Assembly: GCF_004010195.1 (NCBI RefSeq)
Contig: NC_057719.1
Coordinates: 14,382,364 to 14,446,363, forward strand
Source of the DNA: Chiloscyllium plagiosum
Taxonomy: Eukaryota
Length of the DNA stretch: 64,000 nucleotides
Direction: 5' to 3'
The position numbers and the translations under genes are program-made. Of the stretch, positions 38,386-50,893 are shown piece after piece. The notes under the pieces were generated by a model. The model did no database searches. It worked only from the letters and a program-made list of their open reading frames with translations, and had not been told where the DNA came from. Positions within the stretch are counted from its first letter, which is position 1. Every line of letters begins with the position of its first letter.

Positions 38386-40973
38386 TGAAAATGCGGGTGA
38401 AAAAGTCAGGCTACACTGGTATGGAATACCAGGAGCATTATATGGAGATAAGAGGAGTAATTGGAGCCAATTTAATAAACTTGAATAACTTCTCAACTCT
38501 ACTGTAAGAAAGTAAGCTTATGCATTAACAAGTCACTGTAACATTCCACATTAGAGCAAAGGGTAGGTCGCCATAAAATGCATTCTCAATGGAGAACAAG
38601 AGCAGACCTGATGTATGTTGCACAAATCCAATTTCTCAGTCAGTAAGCAAAATGCCTTTTATAATTGTAGGACAAAACTTCATGAAGGTGGTTGATGAAT
38701 TCACGCCAGAATTCCAAACTTTTGTGACAGAGAGGTTCCACTATGAATGGCCGTGGGTGTATTAATACTTTCGCAATATACAATAAAGAGAAATAAATTT
38801 TGAATTCATTCCTTATGAAATTCTTCAACAACCATGAAGTAACAGCAGGAAATAAAGTACACAGCTTCATTTCCATTTTAAAATATTCTCCAAATTTACA
38901 ACAAAAATATTAGGATTGTGTAACAGAAATGCTTGTAATATTGAGCATATCACTGCAAATAAAAATCATGCAATGAACTAGACTTTAATCATATCCCTTT
39001 GTAATTATTGGAATGGAAATGCTAACAAAACAATGACCAAACATAACTTCAAAAGGATATAAAAAGCATTAATCAAGAGATCACTTTCATTTCTAGCCCA
39101 TCCTGATAATACTCAGTGTACTTAGGGCACCAGCCACAACAGCTGTTTGACCATGGCTTCGCGGGTCTTACATTTTGTCAGTCACTTATGACATGTCTGT
39201 TTTTTTCAGGCCTATTGGTTAAACTCCAAGTGCACTCCTTTCAGAGTATTACTTTTACTGCTTCCTAATGAATTTTCTATGTTGCACTGAAGTTATTTGT
39301 CAAAAATGTGCAGTGATGTCCACCCTTGAAAAAACAAGAGTGCAATGGAATCATCGTTAAGAGCATATCACAGCAATGCATTACCTTAGTTATACACTAT
39401 ACATGTGATATATATTTTATTTATTCATAAAATCATTCTAATGTCTTTATCTTTAACAGTCACATCAGATCAATTTAAAACTTAAATCACTAAAAGCTCA
39501 GTATTGAAATGATACTCATATCCATTTAATTACTTGGATTATCTGTATTGGTGCTTGCAATTATAACATTTTCAACAAAGCAACCTCTGAGGCTTGGCCA
39601 CAGCTTTATTGAACAGGACCACTCCTCAGTCTTTCTGAGCCTTCACTCACACTTCACTCTTCAGTCATATCCCCAAACTGAACAGACAATTCGTGTCACT
39701 ATTGCCCTTCTTCAGCCATCCCTGGTTATGCTCTACATAAACGTCCTCTCAAATCTCTCACACTTGGCTTTTCCTCATTGGAGAAAGGAGTTCCTGCCAC
39801 CAGGGAGAGGCAGAGAACCAAGGTTAGACCAAATACTGAGTACTGCAGAACAGACTGTGAACTTGGATAAGGGTGATGCTGCCCAAGGGTGTAGGCAATG
39901 GAGAGGTAGTATTAGATATCATACTGCCATTCGATACATACAGTCACCGCATGCTGAATTGAACTAGTAATAGAAATGGCATAATACATAGAATCACTTT
40001 CCTAATGTCAACAATAATTTATATCATTCCTTCAGTGGCAGGGACAGGAGGATGCCAGGAATCCTCAAAGGAGGCATGCACCTAAGTGAGTACTGTATTG
40101 TGACACACTCATACCACCCTCCAGCTGTGCAGGTACGGACAGCTTGGCAGCTACTTGAGTAGAAATAGCTTGGTTGTCAGACAGCTGTTAGCCTCTGGAG
40201 AACAAAGCAATGCTGGAGACAAGTAGAGCTCTGAAAACTCTTCAGAGTGTACAGTACTCAGCACAATGTGGCTCCGATGGGCTGAATTGTCTGCTTCCAC
40301 ACTTTAGGGATTCTATGATGCCCTATATACTTGTCTACAATCTGGTCATATTATTTTCCTGAAGACTACTATTCATTTGCTGTCCGCAATGCAGTAAAGT
40401 GAATGGTTGAAGAACAAAGACTGCAAGTAGATTATTTGACTCATTTATGTAAAGACATACTGAACATCCTTCCTCAAACCTAAGTGAATAACGTTGTGCA
40501 ATAATTAAGTCTTCCTGCTCAGGCACACTGCTCAGCCTGGGGAGTTAGCTACAGAAAGGAACTTCTGAAGAAACAATGGGAAATGTGTACATTTCCAGAG
40601 GTAGTGCATACACGTGTAGAGGAGCCTCTCTCTAGTATGAGATGGTTTTTTCCGGTGTTTGCAATGTCCATCTCCTTGGGTGACCTGCATGGAGGAATGA
40701 TGGCTCAGGAAGGGAACTATGTGTAGGCCCTCAACAAGAACTTTACATTAAAGGGATGAAGGCTTGCTTTGTTGGCTCAATGCCTTACTGAGAGGCAGAA
40801 AAGGGCTCCCCTGCCTTTTGGCTTGCTGGAAAGTGCAGCTGACCTTGGGAGACAAGTCTGACAAAGAGCACATAGCGGTCAGAACTCTTCTCCAGGTGCT
40901 ACCACTTCTTATACCTCAGTCCCCTTTCCACCCTCAGGCAGAACCTCTCGTGGGGTCTCCTGCAAGGGAACCA

Positions 40974-41105
40974 CGGAGAAAGTGAGGACTGCAGATGCTT
41001 GAGATCAGAGTTGAGAGTGTGATGCTGGAAAAACACAGCAGGTCAGGCAGCATCCGAAGAGCAGGGGAATCGATGTTTTGGGCATAAGCCTTTCATAAGG
41101 AATGA
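40974..41105 (-). mobile_element. Penelope-like family A terminus (single arm)
   Basis: TSD caagggaacca at 40963-40973 and 41106-41116. Confidence 0.88.
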
Positions 41106-41487
41106 CAAGGGAACCATGCCTGCTTCTGTGCAGGGGTAGGTAGGGCAGTCTTTGGTTGGACTTTCATGGACTCCGAAAGCAAAAAGTTCATCCCCTCACA
41201 GGTATCAGAGTGGGAAAGCAGCTATCTGCCTCCAAGTCTGTTGAAGAACCACAGGCTTGACACTACATAGGAGCAGAAGAAATAAACAAAGAAGACATAA
41301 TTGTTGTACAATGTTATTCACTTGGGTTTGAGAAAGAATGTCAATCTCGTTCCGTATGTCTTTACATAAGAGTCAAATAATTTATTTACACTCTTTATTC
41401 TTCTAACATTCACTTTATTGTGTTGTGAACAGCAAATAAATAACAGGAAAAGAGTGTGACCAGATTGCAGACAAGTATTTAGGGGGA

Positions 41488-41765
41488 TCATAGAATCCCC
41501 ACAGTGTGGAAGCAGATGATTCGGCCTATCGGATCATCACCAACTCTCCGAAGTGCAGCCCACCCAGATCCACCTCCCACACTATAACCCTGTATTTCCC
41601 ATGGCCAATCCACCTGACCTGCACATCTTTGGACTGTGGAAGAGGACACACACAGAGTGAGAATATGCAAACTTCACCCAGTGAGTCGACCGAGGCTGGA
41701 ATCAAACCCTGGTCCCTGGCGTTATAAGATAGCACTGCGAACTACTGAGCCATTGTGCCACCCCA
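41488..41765 (-). mobile_element. HE1-type V-SINE
   Basis: Reverse complement matches the HE1-type copies. Confidence 0.88.
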
Positions 41766-41899
41766 TGAATATAATGACTAGATTTTAGAATGTGGGAATG
41801 GTAGTAAGATGGGAAAGAAGGTTGAAGATTGTACTGCAACATTGCTTGTCACAGTTACAGTAGCTAAAGCATGCTTGAAATGAGGCCATTGCTCACTTC

Positions 41900-42530
41900 T
41901 CAGACCACCCGGTAAGTGGTTTCAGGCTCCCTGGTCATATCCAGCTCCTCCTATTGATACCCAACCCCCCAATCTTCCTCCTCCTTGAGTGCTCAGTGTC
42001 TGCTGTTTCTACCTCCTGCAGCTCCATTCCTGTCTGCATCGCCACATTGTACAAGGCACAGCAGACTATCACCGTTCTACATATTGAGCATATTGAGAAA
42101 GGCGCGTCCAGATCAGTCCGGCACTGAACCACGTTCTCTTGGTCAACAATCATCCCGGAGTCGAGATGGCTAATGTTGTTCTTCTCCTTGGTGTCTGTGG
42201 TCAACTCCTCTCAGGTGTTATCAGCCGTGTCTGCAGATACAGTGCAATGACCCGCCATTTCACTTCGTGTGTTGGTGAAAACTTACAGGGATGAGGAAGT
42301 CAGTTCCCCCACTTCCTGAGGTATCGCCACTCTGTTATGCTGCTAAAGCTGATTCCTTGCCTACATGCCCTGTGTTGGGGTTATCACCACTTTCAGACTG
42401 GAGTCTCTGATCGTCCCATCTCTGAACCATGAAGGAGCAAGAGAAGCCAGCTGGTGTTCATCTTGTTACAAATTGGTGCTGCTGTTGCTGTACCTCCTGG
42501 TGCTGACATTCTTGATAACGATTGGTCTTT
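41900..42530 (-). mobile_element. PIF/Harbinger transposase remnant, internally deleted
   Basis: TTDTKEKNNISHLDSGMIVDQ (like YNxxHxxTRxxIE), a degenerate FxCxDxSG, and VIVCCALYNVA (CCxLHN). Confidence 0.65.
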
Positions 42531-42539
42531 TTTCCCTCA

Positions 42540-42870
42540 TCATAAAATCCCTACAGTGCAGAAGCAGGTAATTCGATCCACACCTAGCCTCTGAATAGCA
42601 TCCCAGCCAGACCCACCTCCCTACCCTATTCCTGTAACCCGACATTTCCCATGGCTAATCCACTTAGCCTACACATCCCTTGGACGCTACAGGCAATTTA
42701 GGATGGCCAAGCCACCTAATCTGTACATCTTTAGACTATGGGAGGAACCCAGAGCATTCAGGGGAGAGCAAGCAAACTCCACACAGACAATTGCCTGAGA
42801 CTGGAATTAAACCCAGGTGCTTGGCGCTGTGAGGCAGCAACACTAAATGCTGAGCCACTGCGCTGTACCC
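42540..42870 (-). mobile_element. HE1-type V-SINE
   Basis: Reverse complement matches the HE1-type copies. Confidence 0.88.
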
Positions 42871-43279
42871 GATCAGAGGTCTTTGCTGGAGCTCCAGAAG
42901 CTGCTCCCATGCCACAGTGAAGATCGATAGTTGGTAAGATCAGATCAAGGTCAAGTCCAATGCATGTGAAATGATGTCTAAGAATTTGGAATAATCTGCA
43001 AAGGGGCAGTTGTTGAAGCAGATACTGTGAATGAGCTTCTCCTATAGCCCAATTAATTTTTACAAAGCTTTCCAAACTCTCATTTTCATTGATTAGTGTT
43101 CTCCTCATATTGACTGGACAAGTTCTATAAAGCTCAAGAAACCTGCCTGTTTGCTATTCAATCTTCAACCTTGGGTTAAAGTCACAATTAATTGATTGTT
43201 TGAATGTTTTAAACACTGACCCAACAGCTTCATGGTGTTTCATAGTCACCTTCAGTACAATCTAGAAGTTTCTTTGAAA

Positions 43280-44098
43280 ATTTATTTTGTTGGACGTGGG
43301 TATTGCTGGTTGGGCCAGCATTGATAGCCTGTCCCTAGTTGCTCTCGAGAAGGTGGGGTGAGCTGCTTTCTTGAACCCCTGCAGTCCACCTGCTGTGGGC
43401 TAACCCACAATGCCATTAGGGAGGGAATTCTAGGATTTTGACCCAGCGACAGTGAAGGAACGGCAATATATTTCCAAGTCAGGATGGTGAGTGGCTCAGA
43501 GGAGAAGTTGAAGGTGGTGATGTTCCCATATATCTGCTGCTCTTATCCTTCTAGATGGGGGGTCAAGGATTTGGAAGGTGCTGTCTAAGGATCTTTGGCA
43601 AATTTCTGCAGCACATATTGTAGTTTGTACACAGTGCTGCTATTGAGCATCAGTGGTGGACGGAGTGGGTACTTGTGGATGTAAGCCAATCAAGCTGGCT
43701 GTTCCTGGATGGTGTCAATGTACTTGACTGTTGTTGGGGCTGCACTCATCCAGGCAATTGGGGAGTATTCCAACACACTCCTGACTTGTGTCTGGAGGAC
43801 AAGCTTTGGGGAGTCAGGAGGTGAGTCATTCGCCGCAATATTCCTCGCCCCTGACCTGTTCTTGTAGCCACTGTGTCTATGTGGTGAGTCCAGTTGGGTT
43901 TCTGGTCAATGATAACCCACAGGATGTTGATAGTGGGGGATTCAGTGATGGTAACACCTTTGAATGTCAAGGGACGGTGGTTAGATTGTCCCCTATTTTT
44001 GGTGATGGCTATTGTCTGTTATTTGTGTGACACAAATGTTACTTGCCACTTGCCAGCCTAAGCTTGGACATTGTCTAGATCTTGTTGTATTTGGACAG
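43280..44098 (-). mobile_element. Second LINE family, 3' fragment
   Basis: TFKGVTITESPTINILWVIIDQKPNWTHHIDTVATRTGQGRGILRR. Confidence 0.9.
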
Positions 44099-44775
44099 GA
44101 AAATGACACCCCAGCATTTTCTCAATATTCAAACCCAAATCCGAGCCTACACCTCAGATCTGCACCACCTTGGCAGTTAAAATTCTTCCTATTGTATTGG
44201 CTTAATCCTGTGTGTGCTCTCAAAGTATCTAACTCCGCCATATTAAGAAGAACTCCCTAAGTTGCATTTTTGTAATTGTGGTACATTATTGCCTGTGTGT
44301 GATAGGTTCATTGACACAAATATTATTTTTCAAAATATCGAGAAAATAAATTTGGAAATTAAAGAGTAAAAGTTATTACGACAGATTTCTGCTTTTTATA
44401 TTCCAACGTTCAGTCTCAAGATTCTCTAAAAATTTCAGTGCAAGTTGCTATTGTAACTATTGTACATGTCAACACAACTTAGGTTAAAAAATTTCTATCA
44501 AATAATGTTCACAAAGAAAGGACACTCACTAGTAAAAATGAAAACGAATAGGTTTCTGGGTGTGGGTAGTGACTGCGCTCTACTTGAGTTGAATGGGAAA
44601 ATATTGATAGCAATCAGACAGCCCTGTGTCTGCCAACCTGTGTATTGTGTGCAGTTCTGATTTTGACCCAGCAACACTGAAGGAACAGTGATATATTTCC
44701 AAGTCAGGATGAGGAGTGGCTTTGGAGGGGAACTTGAAGGCGGTGATATTCCCATATACTGTATCTGCTGCCCTT

Positions 44776-45268
44776 AGGAAGCATATTATTAAACTGTAGA
44801 GGAATCAGAAGAGATTTACCAGGGCGTTGCCATGAATGGATGGTCGGAGATATAAAAATAGACTGGTAAGGCTGAGACCTTTTCTCACTGGGAATTAAGA
44901 GGCACCCTTACTGGGGCTTGCAAAATCATGAGGGGCATATGTAAGAGAAGTGACAAGGATCCTTTCCTTAGAGTGGGAGAGTTCGAAACTAAGGGGCATG
45001 TTTTAAAGGTGAGCGGAGAAAGATTTAAAAAGGACATGAAGGACAATATTTTTACGGAGAGAGTGGATTATGTGTGGGATGAACTACCAGAGAAAGTGAC
45101 GGAAGTAGGTACAGGTACAAGACATTTGGATAAATACATGAATAGGAAAGTTTCAGAGGGATATGAGCCAAGTGCAGGTGGGTAGGACTAGCTTAGTTTG
45201 GGAACATGATCAGCCTGGACTGGTTGTACTGAAGGGTCTGTTTCCAAGCTGCATGACTATGACTCTAA
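44776..45268 (+). mobile_element. CR1 3' fragment
   Basis: MRGICK..RVGEFETKGHVLKV..FTERVDYVWDELPE; tail gactatgactct. Confidence 0.9.
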
Positions 45269-45721
45269 GAGATTTTCCAACACTAAGGACTGAAGCTAAA
45301 ACTCTTAAAAACCTTGATGGCTTACCTGGTTTTGGAGGACATTTTGTACATTTATGGTACCCCCATGATATTCCTACGCTCCCACAACAATCATCCTGTT
45401 TTGTGAGACCTGGAAGGGGTTTTCCACACTAAAATATAAAGACAAGAAATTAATTGTAGCCACAAGTGCCTTAGACCTTTATGGGAAAAAAGGTTTCTCT
45501 TCTTCCTAATAGTCAATTGTTTTACTTTTGGCCATGGTTAATAGTTGCTCATCAGATTGACAGATTCATAAAATAAGTTGGGAAAAAGGAAGGAAAAAAT
45601 ATGTCCCCATAGCCAGATTCATTTATTCCCATTGCAGCACCTAATTTGCTACTTTACAGATTTGAGAAATGGAAAACATGTTAATCTAGCTGTGACTTGT
45701 GATCAAGAGCTCAATACAAAT

Positions 45722-45893
45722 AGGAGAAAGTGAGGACTGCGGATGCTGGAGATCAGAGTTAAGAATGTGTTGCTGGGAAAGCACAGCACGCCAGGCAGTA
45801 TCCGAGGAGCAGGAGCAGAGGAGCAAGAGATTCTCCTGCTCCTCGGATCCCACCTGACTTGCTGTGCTTTCCCAGCAACACACTCTCGACTCT
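45722..45893. mobile_element. Penelope-like family A fold-back lacking the ribozyme segment
   Basis: Inverted arms; imperfect TSD gagctcaatacaaat (45707-45721) / gagctccatccaaat (45894-45908). Confidence 0.85.
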
Positions 45894-46944
45894 GAGCTCC
45901 ATCCAAATGTCTAGCATGGCTTTTACATTTTGGGATTGCCACGGATCCTTGTGTTCAGTGGCATCAATCAAACACTCAGGTGCATTATAAAGCACTGACC
46001 CTCCTCAATATCCACCCACATTGTGAGAGCCTATACCAGAGATTTAACAACGCTACTCTGATGTGATATGAACAAGCAATGTTTTTCTGTCACACCACAG
46101 GTGAAAATACGTGGTACAATAATGTCAGATAAGAATTGATTAAATAGCTATATCACAGCAAATAAGTATATAGGACGAACGTTATGATTGGGTTTATCTA
46201 ACTTAATTGAAAATCCTCTCGCTTCTTACATCAGTGGGTCTCCTGCTCAGTCTGTCTGAGCCTGGTGAGAGCTTGCCCTCACAGACCACTGTCAAAATCC
46301 TGAGTGATTGTCAGTTTTCTTGTCAGATAGAAAAATATGTAATCACTAAGAGAATCCAGGGTTATGGTTGTTGGGGTGGTGGGTGGTAGGAAAGTGGAGT
46401 TGATGATTATCAGATCAGCCATGATCTCATTGCATGGCAGAATAGACTTGATGGGCTGAATGGCCTATTTCAGCTCCTATGTCTTATGGTCTTATCCAGC
46501 TGAGTCTTGGCAGTGGACAGGGCAATACCTTCTGCAACTAATGTCTTCTAATCATGGCTATCTCCATCTTTCTCCACCACTTTATTACCCTCATCAACCA
46601 GTTGCTGCTTTGAGTGTCCCACTCTTTGGCAGTATATGTCCCTCCATCTCAATCTGCTCCTCACTGAAGGAGGCAAAAGCTGACTATGTGTAACCAATTG
46701 CTCTGTGCTGAACTTAGGCCTAACAGCCTGTCAGACGCTTACCTCTATGTATGAGCTACATCTTGGAGAAACCTTTACCATAAATCTTCCTCCACTGATT
46801 TTTCCCACTTGCATTATCTTCAACTCCTGCCTCATATAGCTTAATGCCTCTCACCTTTCCTGTTTTGAGACACTGCAGATGTCAATAGCTTCCAAGCTCT
46901 CCCACTATCCACCTGCAGCTGTGCCTTTGCCTCCTTGCAGCTAG

Positions 46945-47580
46945 TGAGGTAATACGGCGGCTTTAAGAGGTGCATTTTGTCCTGGGATCTTTTAAAGGGA
47001 GGTTTTAAGGCAGAGGAGATGAGCAATCTATCAGGTAGAGTAAACAGCTTGTGACGTCTTGTTTTTAAAGCTGGAATAATAGAAGCAGCCTGAAAGGGTG
47101 TGGTCAACCTCCCACAGAACCTGGATATTTAGTTTTAGCTTTCAGCTTTTTGCTGGGGTTGTGAAAAAGCTGCCATATTTCTCTTTGCCACTGTTGGAGG
47201 TCTCACTCCCTCAGAATTATCTTTTGATGTTCTTTCCTCCTGGATTGGAGAACTGCATGTAAGACAATCTATTTTCTAAATTTGCTTTTTGCCAAGGGGT
47301 GTGTCTATGGGATGTTACTACATGGAACAGTTAATTAGTAATAGTTACAGTATCTAATATTTTGTTAAACATTCTAATAGAGTTACAGCTTAGCCTATTG
47401 TTTTCTTTTTTTGCTGCATTTTAACAATAATATATGAATAAATTGTGTTTTGCTGAATGTAGAGTGGTTCAAATTGCATCTGGAACACAACACCTTCCAT
47501 TTTCTTTTCAAATGAGAAAACATTAGGGTCTAGGTTACCTTCTCAATATAGTTTGAGGGGGTCTGGTCTGGTTTGTAACA
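46945..47580 (+). mobile_element. Solo LTR of a Gypsy-type family
   Basis: TG..CA termini; CTAG TSD at 46941-46944 and 47581-47584; internal aataaa; colinear similarity to 52365-53024. Confidence 0.85.
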
Positions 47581-48100
47581 CTAGCAGGTCATTAAATGGT
47601 TAGTCATTTGGCTCAGTTGGTTGGATAGTTCATTTGTGATGCAGAGTGATGCCTGTTGGACCAACCAGATAGAAACTATTCTGCCTTTAAATTAGAGAAA
47701 AGTAACAGACCCACACTAGAGGTTTAAAACTAGCTAGAGACTGTACTAGGGAATGTTTTGTGTAATTTAGTTTCAGCAAAAAAAGGTCCCAATTCTATTA
47801 TTTAAGCCAAAATCCATTTCCAGCTTTGTGAGCAAATCCTTCAGTCCTTTAAGTCCTTTCCATATTTCAGTTGGACCATGTATCTCATCTTCATGCACCT
47901 CAATTTGAATCAATTCTCCTTAATTAATTTAAGTAACAAGAATTCTCAGTCTTGGGAAATTCAAAGGACTAGACACCCTCAAACCATGGGGAAGCCTTTC
48001 CAGATTTTCAACACAAGTTATGAGTAAATAAATTGCTTCTGCATTTTGATAATATTGACTAGTTTTCAGATTGTTCCTCATTGTTCCTGACACTTGAGTC

Positions 48101-48189
48101 AGTCATGTGGCCTAATTGACAAGGCGTCAGACTTCAGTATTAATTGGTATGCTATCAGAAGATTGCAGGTTCAAGTCCCGCTGTGATCA
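48101..48189 (+). pseudogene. tRNA-Arg(TCG)-like pseudogene with a 16-nt intron; anticodon now TCA
   Basis: Body tggcctaattgacaaggcgtcagacttcag|tattaattggtatgct|atcagaagattgcaggttcaagtcccgctgtgatca resembles vertebrate tRNA-Arg-TCG; insertion lies one base 3' of the anticodon; several stem mismatches. Confidence 0.8.
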
Positions 48190-48214
48190 TTCACTAGCGC
48201 AAATTTAGTTTTCA

Positions 48215-48548
48215 GGTGGTGATAGCCATATTATTAATTGAATACTAATACAGGAACTCTGTTAATATTTTGAGGACCCGGATTGGAATCCTCCACGGCA
48301 GATGGTAAAATTTGAATTCAACAAAAAAAGTCTGGAATTAAGAATTGACTGATTACCATGAAACCATTGCTAAAAAAAACCCATCTAGTTCACTTATTGT
48401 CCTTTAGGGGAGGAAATCTGCCATCCGCATCTGGTCTGTACTGTGACTCCAGACCCACAGCAGTGTAGTTGACTCCTAACTGCCCTCTGGGTTGGGCCAT
48501 AAATATGGGCCTATCTGGTGACACCCTTATCTCGTGAATGAATAAAAA
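48215..48548 (+). mobile_element. tRNA-derived SINE, family 2 (full length)
   Basis: Degenerate B box, conserved central block, and a tail resembling the second LINE family's 3' end. Confidence 0.75.
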
Positions 48549-49066
48549 CATGCACCACTACAGGAAGTAATGTCTCTGTATCTGCCTAATTAAACGTTAG
48601 GTTTTAAATACCACATTTATACCAGAGAACTGTTAGTGTGATAATTCCCATTTTACACCAATTCAAATGTTTAACCATGCGAAAAGCAAGCATGTTGCAG
48701 GAAACAACAACTTGTATTAGTACAGGGTCGAATCTTATAGGAGTCTGGGAGATGTGGCCTATGGTGGGATTTGAGGCAGAATTGTAAAGAGACCCTGGCG
48801 AGGCCTATCTCAACAATGGGAGCATCTTGCTGCTCCTTTTCTGTTTTAGCAATGTGGAGAAGCTGGTTTCCTGCTAGGTAGCAGGGAGTTGCCAATTAAA
48901 GGGGATTCCAGCTTGTCAGATGCCTTCAGTAATGCGCAACCTTTCAATATTCAGCTTCCGATCTTCCCAAACAAGTTAAGCATTGAGAATTCTCAACATG
49001 GAGAAGGTACCTAGTGATAGTAGCCCACCACTGTCTGCAAACAGCCTTCATTTTGTTCAGCACCAA

Positions 49067-50893
49067 GCCTGATGGAAGGTAAATTTAAAGAATAAAAACT
49101 TAACCTCGTGTATTCAGCTGTCTTCATTTTCTTGGTGGCAGTTGCAGTGGGACTAGCGTCAGCGAGGACCAGGGGCTTGATGGGAAAGTAAATTTAAAGT
49201 AAAAAACCTACCTCGTGTAAAGGCAGAATACACGCTGAGCAGGAGCAGACATGGGACTGCTGGGTAAGTGAGGTTACACATTTGGGCAGCTGCTTTACCC
49301 GAAACTACTCGGGTAATGTCTCCCACCCGTCCTCCTCCTCTAACCAAAAGAAAAGTTCTGTGCACTGGATTGGTAAGGTGACTAGGATTTTTTTTAAGTT
49401 TTCAGTAGTCTCATTGAGAATAGTGGGAATGGAGGTTGGGGCAGTTGAATGTTCCTCCTGCAGAATGTGGGAGGTAAGGGTCACCACTAGTATCCTTTCT
49501 GACTGTATCTGAGGGAAGTGCACCCAATTTCAGCTCTTTGAAACCCGCACGAGGAAACTGCAGCTGGAGCTGAATGAACTTCAGATCATTCAGGTGGAGG
49601 AAGGAGTCATTGAGAGGAATTACAGGGAGGTAGCCACACCTCAGGTACAAGAAGAAGGTAAATGGGTTACCGTCAGGGGACGGAAAGGGAACCAGCAGGC
49701 AGTGCTGGGATGCCCTGTGACTGTTCCCCTCAATAATAAGTATGCCGTTTTGGATACTATTGGTGGTGAAGACTTACCAAGGGCAAGCCATGGGGTGCAG
49801 GTCTCTGGCACAGAGTCTGTCCTTGTTGCTCGGAAGGGAAGGGGGAAGAGGAGCAGAGCATTAGTCACTGGGGACTCCATAGTTAGGGGTACAGATAGGA
49901 GGTTCTGTGGGAACAAGAGAGACTCACAGTTGGTGTGTTGCCTCCCAGGTGCCAGGGTTCCTGATGTCTCTGTTGTGTTTTCGGGATCCTTGAGGGGACG
50001 GGGAGGAGCCCCAAGTTGTGGTCCACATAGGCACAATGACATAGGTAGGTAAGGGGAATGGGGATTTATGGCAGATATTCAGGGAGCCAGGGTGGAAGCA
50101 TAGTGCTAGGACAAACAGAGTTGTTATCTCTGGTTAGTTGCCTGTGCCACGTGCTAGTGAGGTGAGGAATAGGGAAAGACAGGAGTTGAACATGTGACTA
50201 CAGGGACGGTGCAGGAGGGAGTGTTTTGGATACCTGGATAATTGGGGTAGGTGGGACCTCTAAAAACAGGATGGTCTTCTCCTGAACCAGAGGGGTACCA
50301 ATATCCTGGGGGTGGGGGAGTTTGCTAATGCTCTACTGGATGGTTTAACCTAATTCAACAGGGGGATGGGAACCTAAATTGTAGCTCCAGTATACAGGAG
50401 TTGAGCGTGGTGAGGTCCGAAATAAGGTTTCAAGGTTGCAAGAGGGCACCAGCAAGCAAGAAGCTCGTTTGAAGAGTATCTACTCCAATGCCAAGAGCAT
50501 CCAGAATAAGGTGGGTAAACTTGTAGCATGGGTTGGTACCTGGAACTTCGATGTTGTGGCCATTTCGGAGACATGGATAGAGCAGGGACAGGAATGGTTG
50601 CTGCAGGTTCCGGGTTTTAAATGTTTCAGTAAGAACAGGGAAGATGGTAAAAGATGGGGAGGTGTGGTATTGTTAGTCAAGGACACTATTATGGTGGCAG
50701 AAAGGACATTTGATGAGGACTCGTGTACTGAGGTACTATGAGCTGAGGTTAGAAACAAGAAAGAAGAGAGCTCCGCATAGTTCCAGAGACAACAATGGAA
50801 TAGTGCAGGTTAGAGGGGCTTCAGACTGGTTTCACAGGTTGGTGCAACATCTAGGGCTGAAGGGCCTGTACTGCACTGTAATGTTCTATGTTC
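49067..50893 (+). mobile_element. Internally deleted CR1 LINE: 5'UTR, ORF1 (Cys motif/coiled coil/SGNH esterase, 49429-50353), ORF2 AP-endonuclease start, 3' tail
   Basis: CSSC..KC; GDSIVRG, VHIG.ND and DGLLLN esterase blocks; YSNAKSIQNK..DVVAISETW..WGGVVLLVK; tail at about 50790-50893; stops and frameshifts present. Confidence 0.9.

Noticed and set aside
38671..38765. Plus-strand terminal exon candidate (QNFMKVVDEFTPEFQTFVTERFHYEWPWVY*) followed by aataaa
   Set aside because: Peptide not recognised, no partner exons, and such signals are common in AT-rich DNA; not excluded without RNA-seq
48132..48137. Functional selenocysteine or opal-suppressor tRNA
   Set aside because: No long variable arm of tRNA-Sec; Arg-type body with multiple stem mismatches and CpG decay
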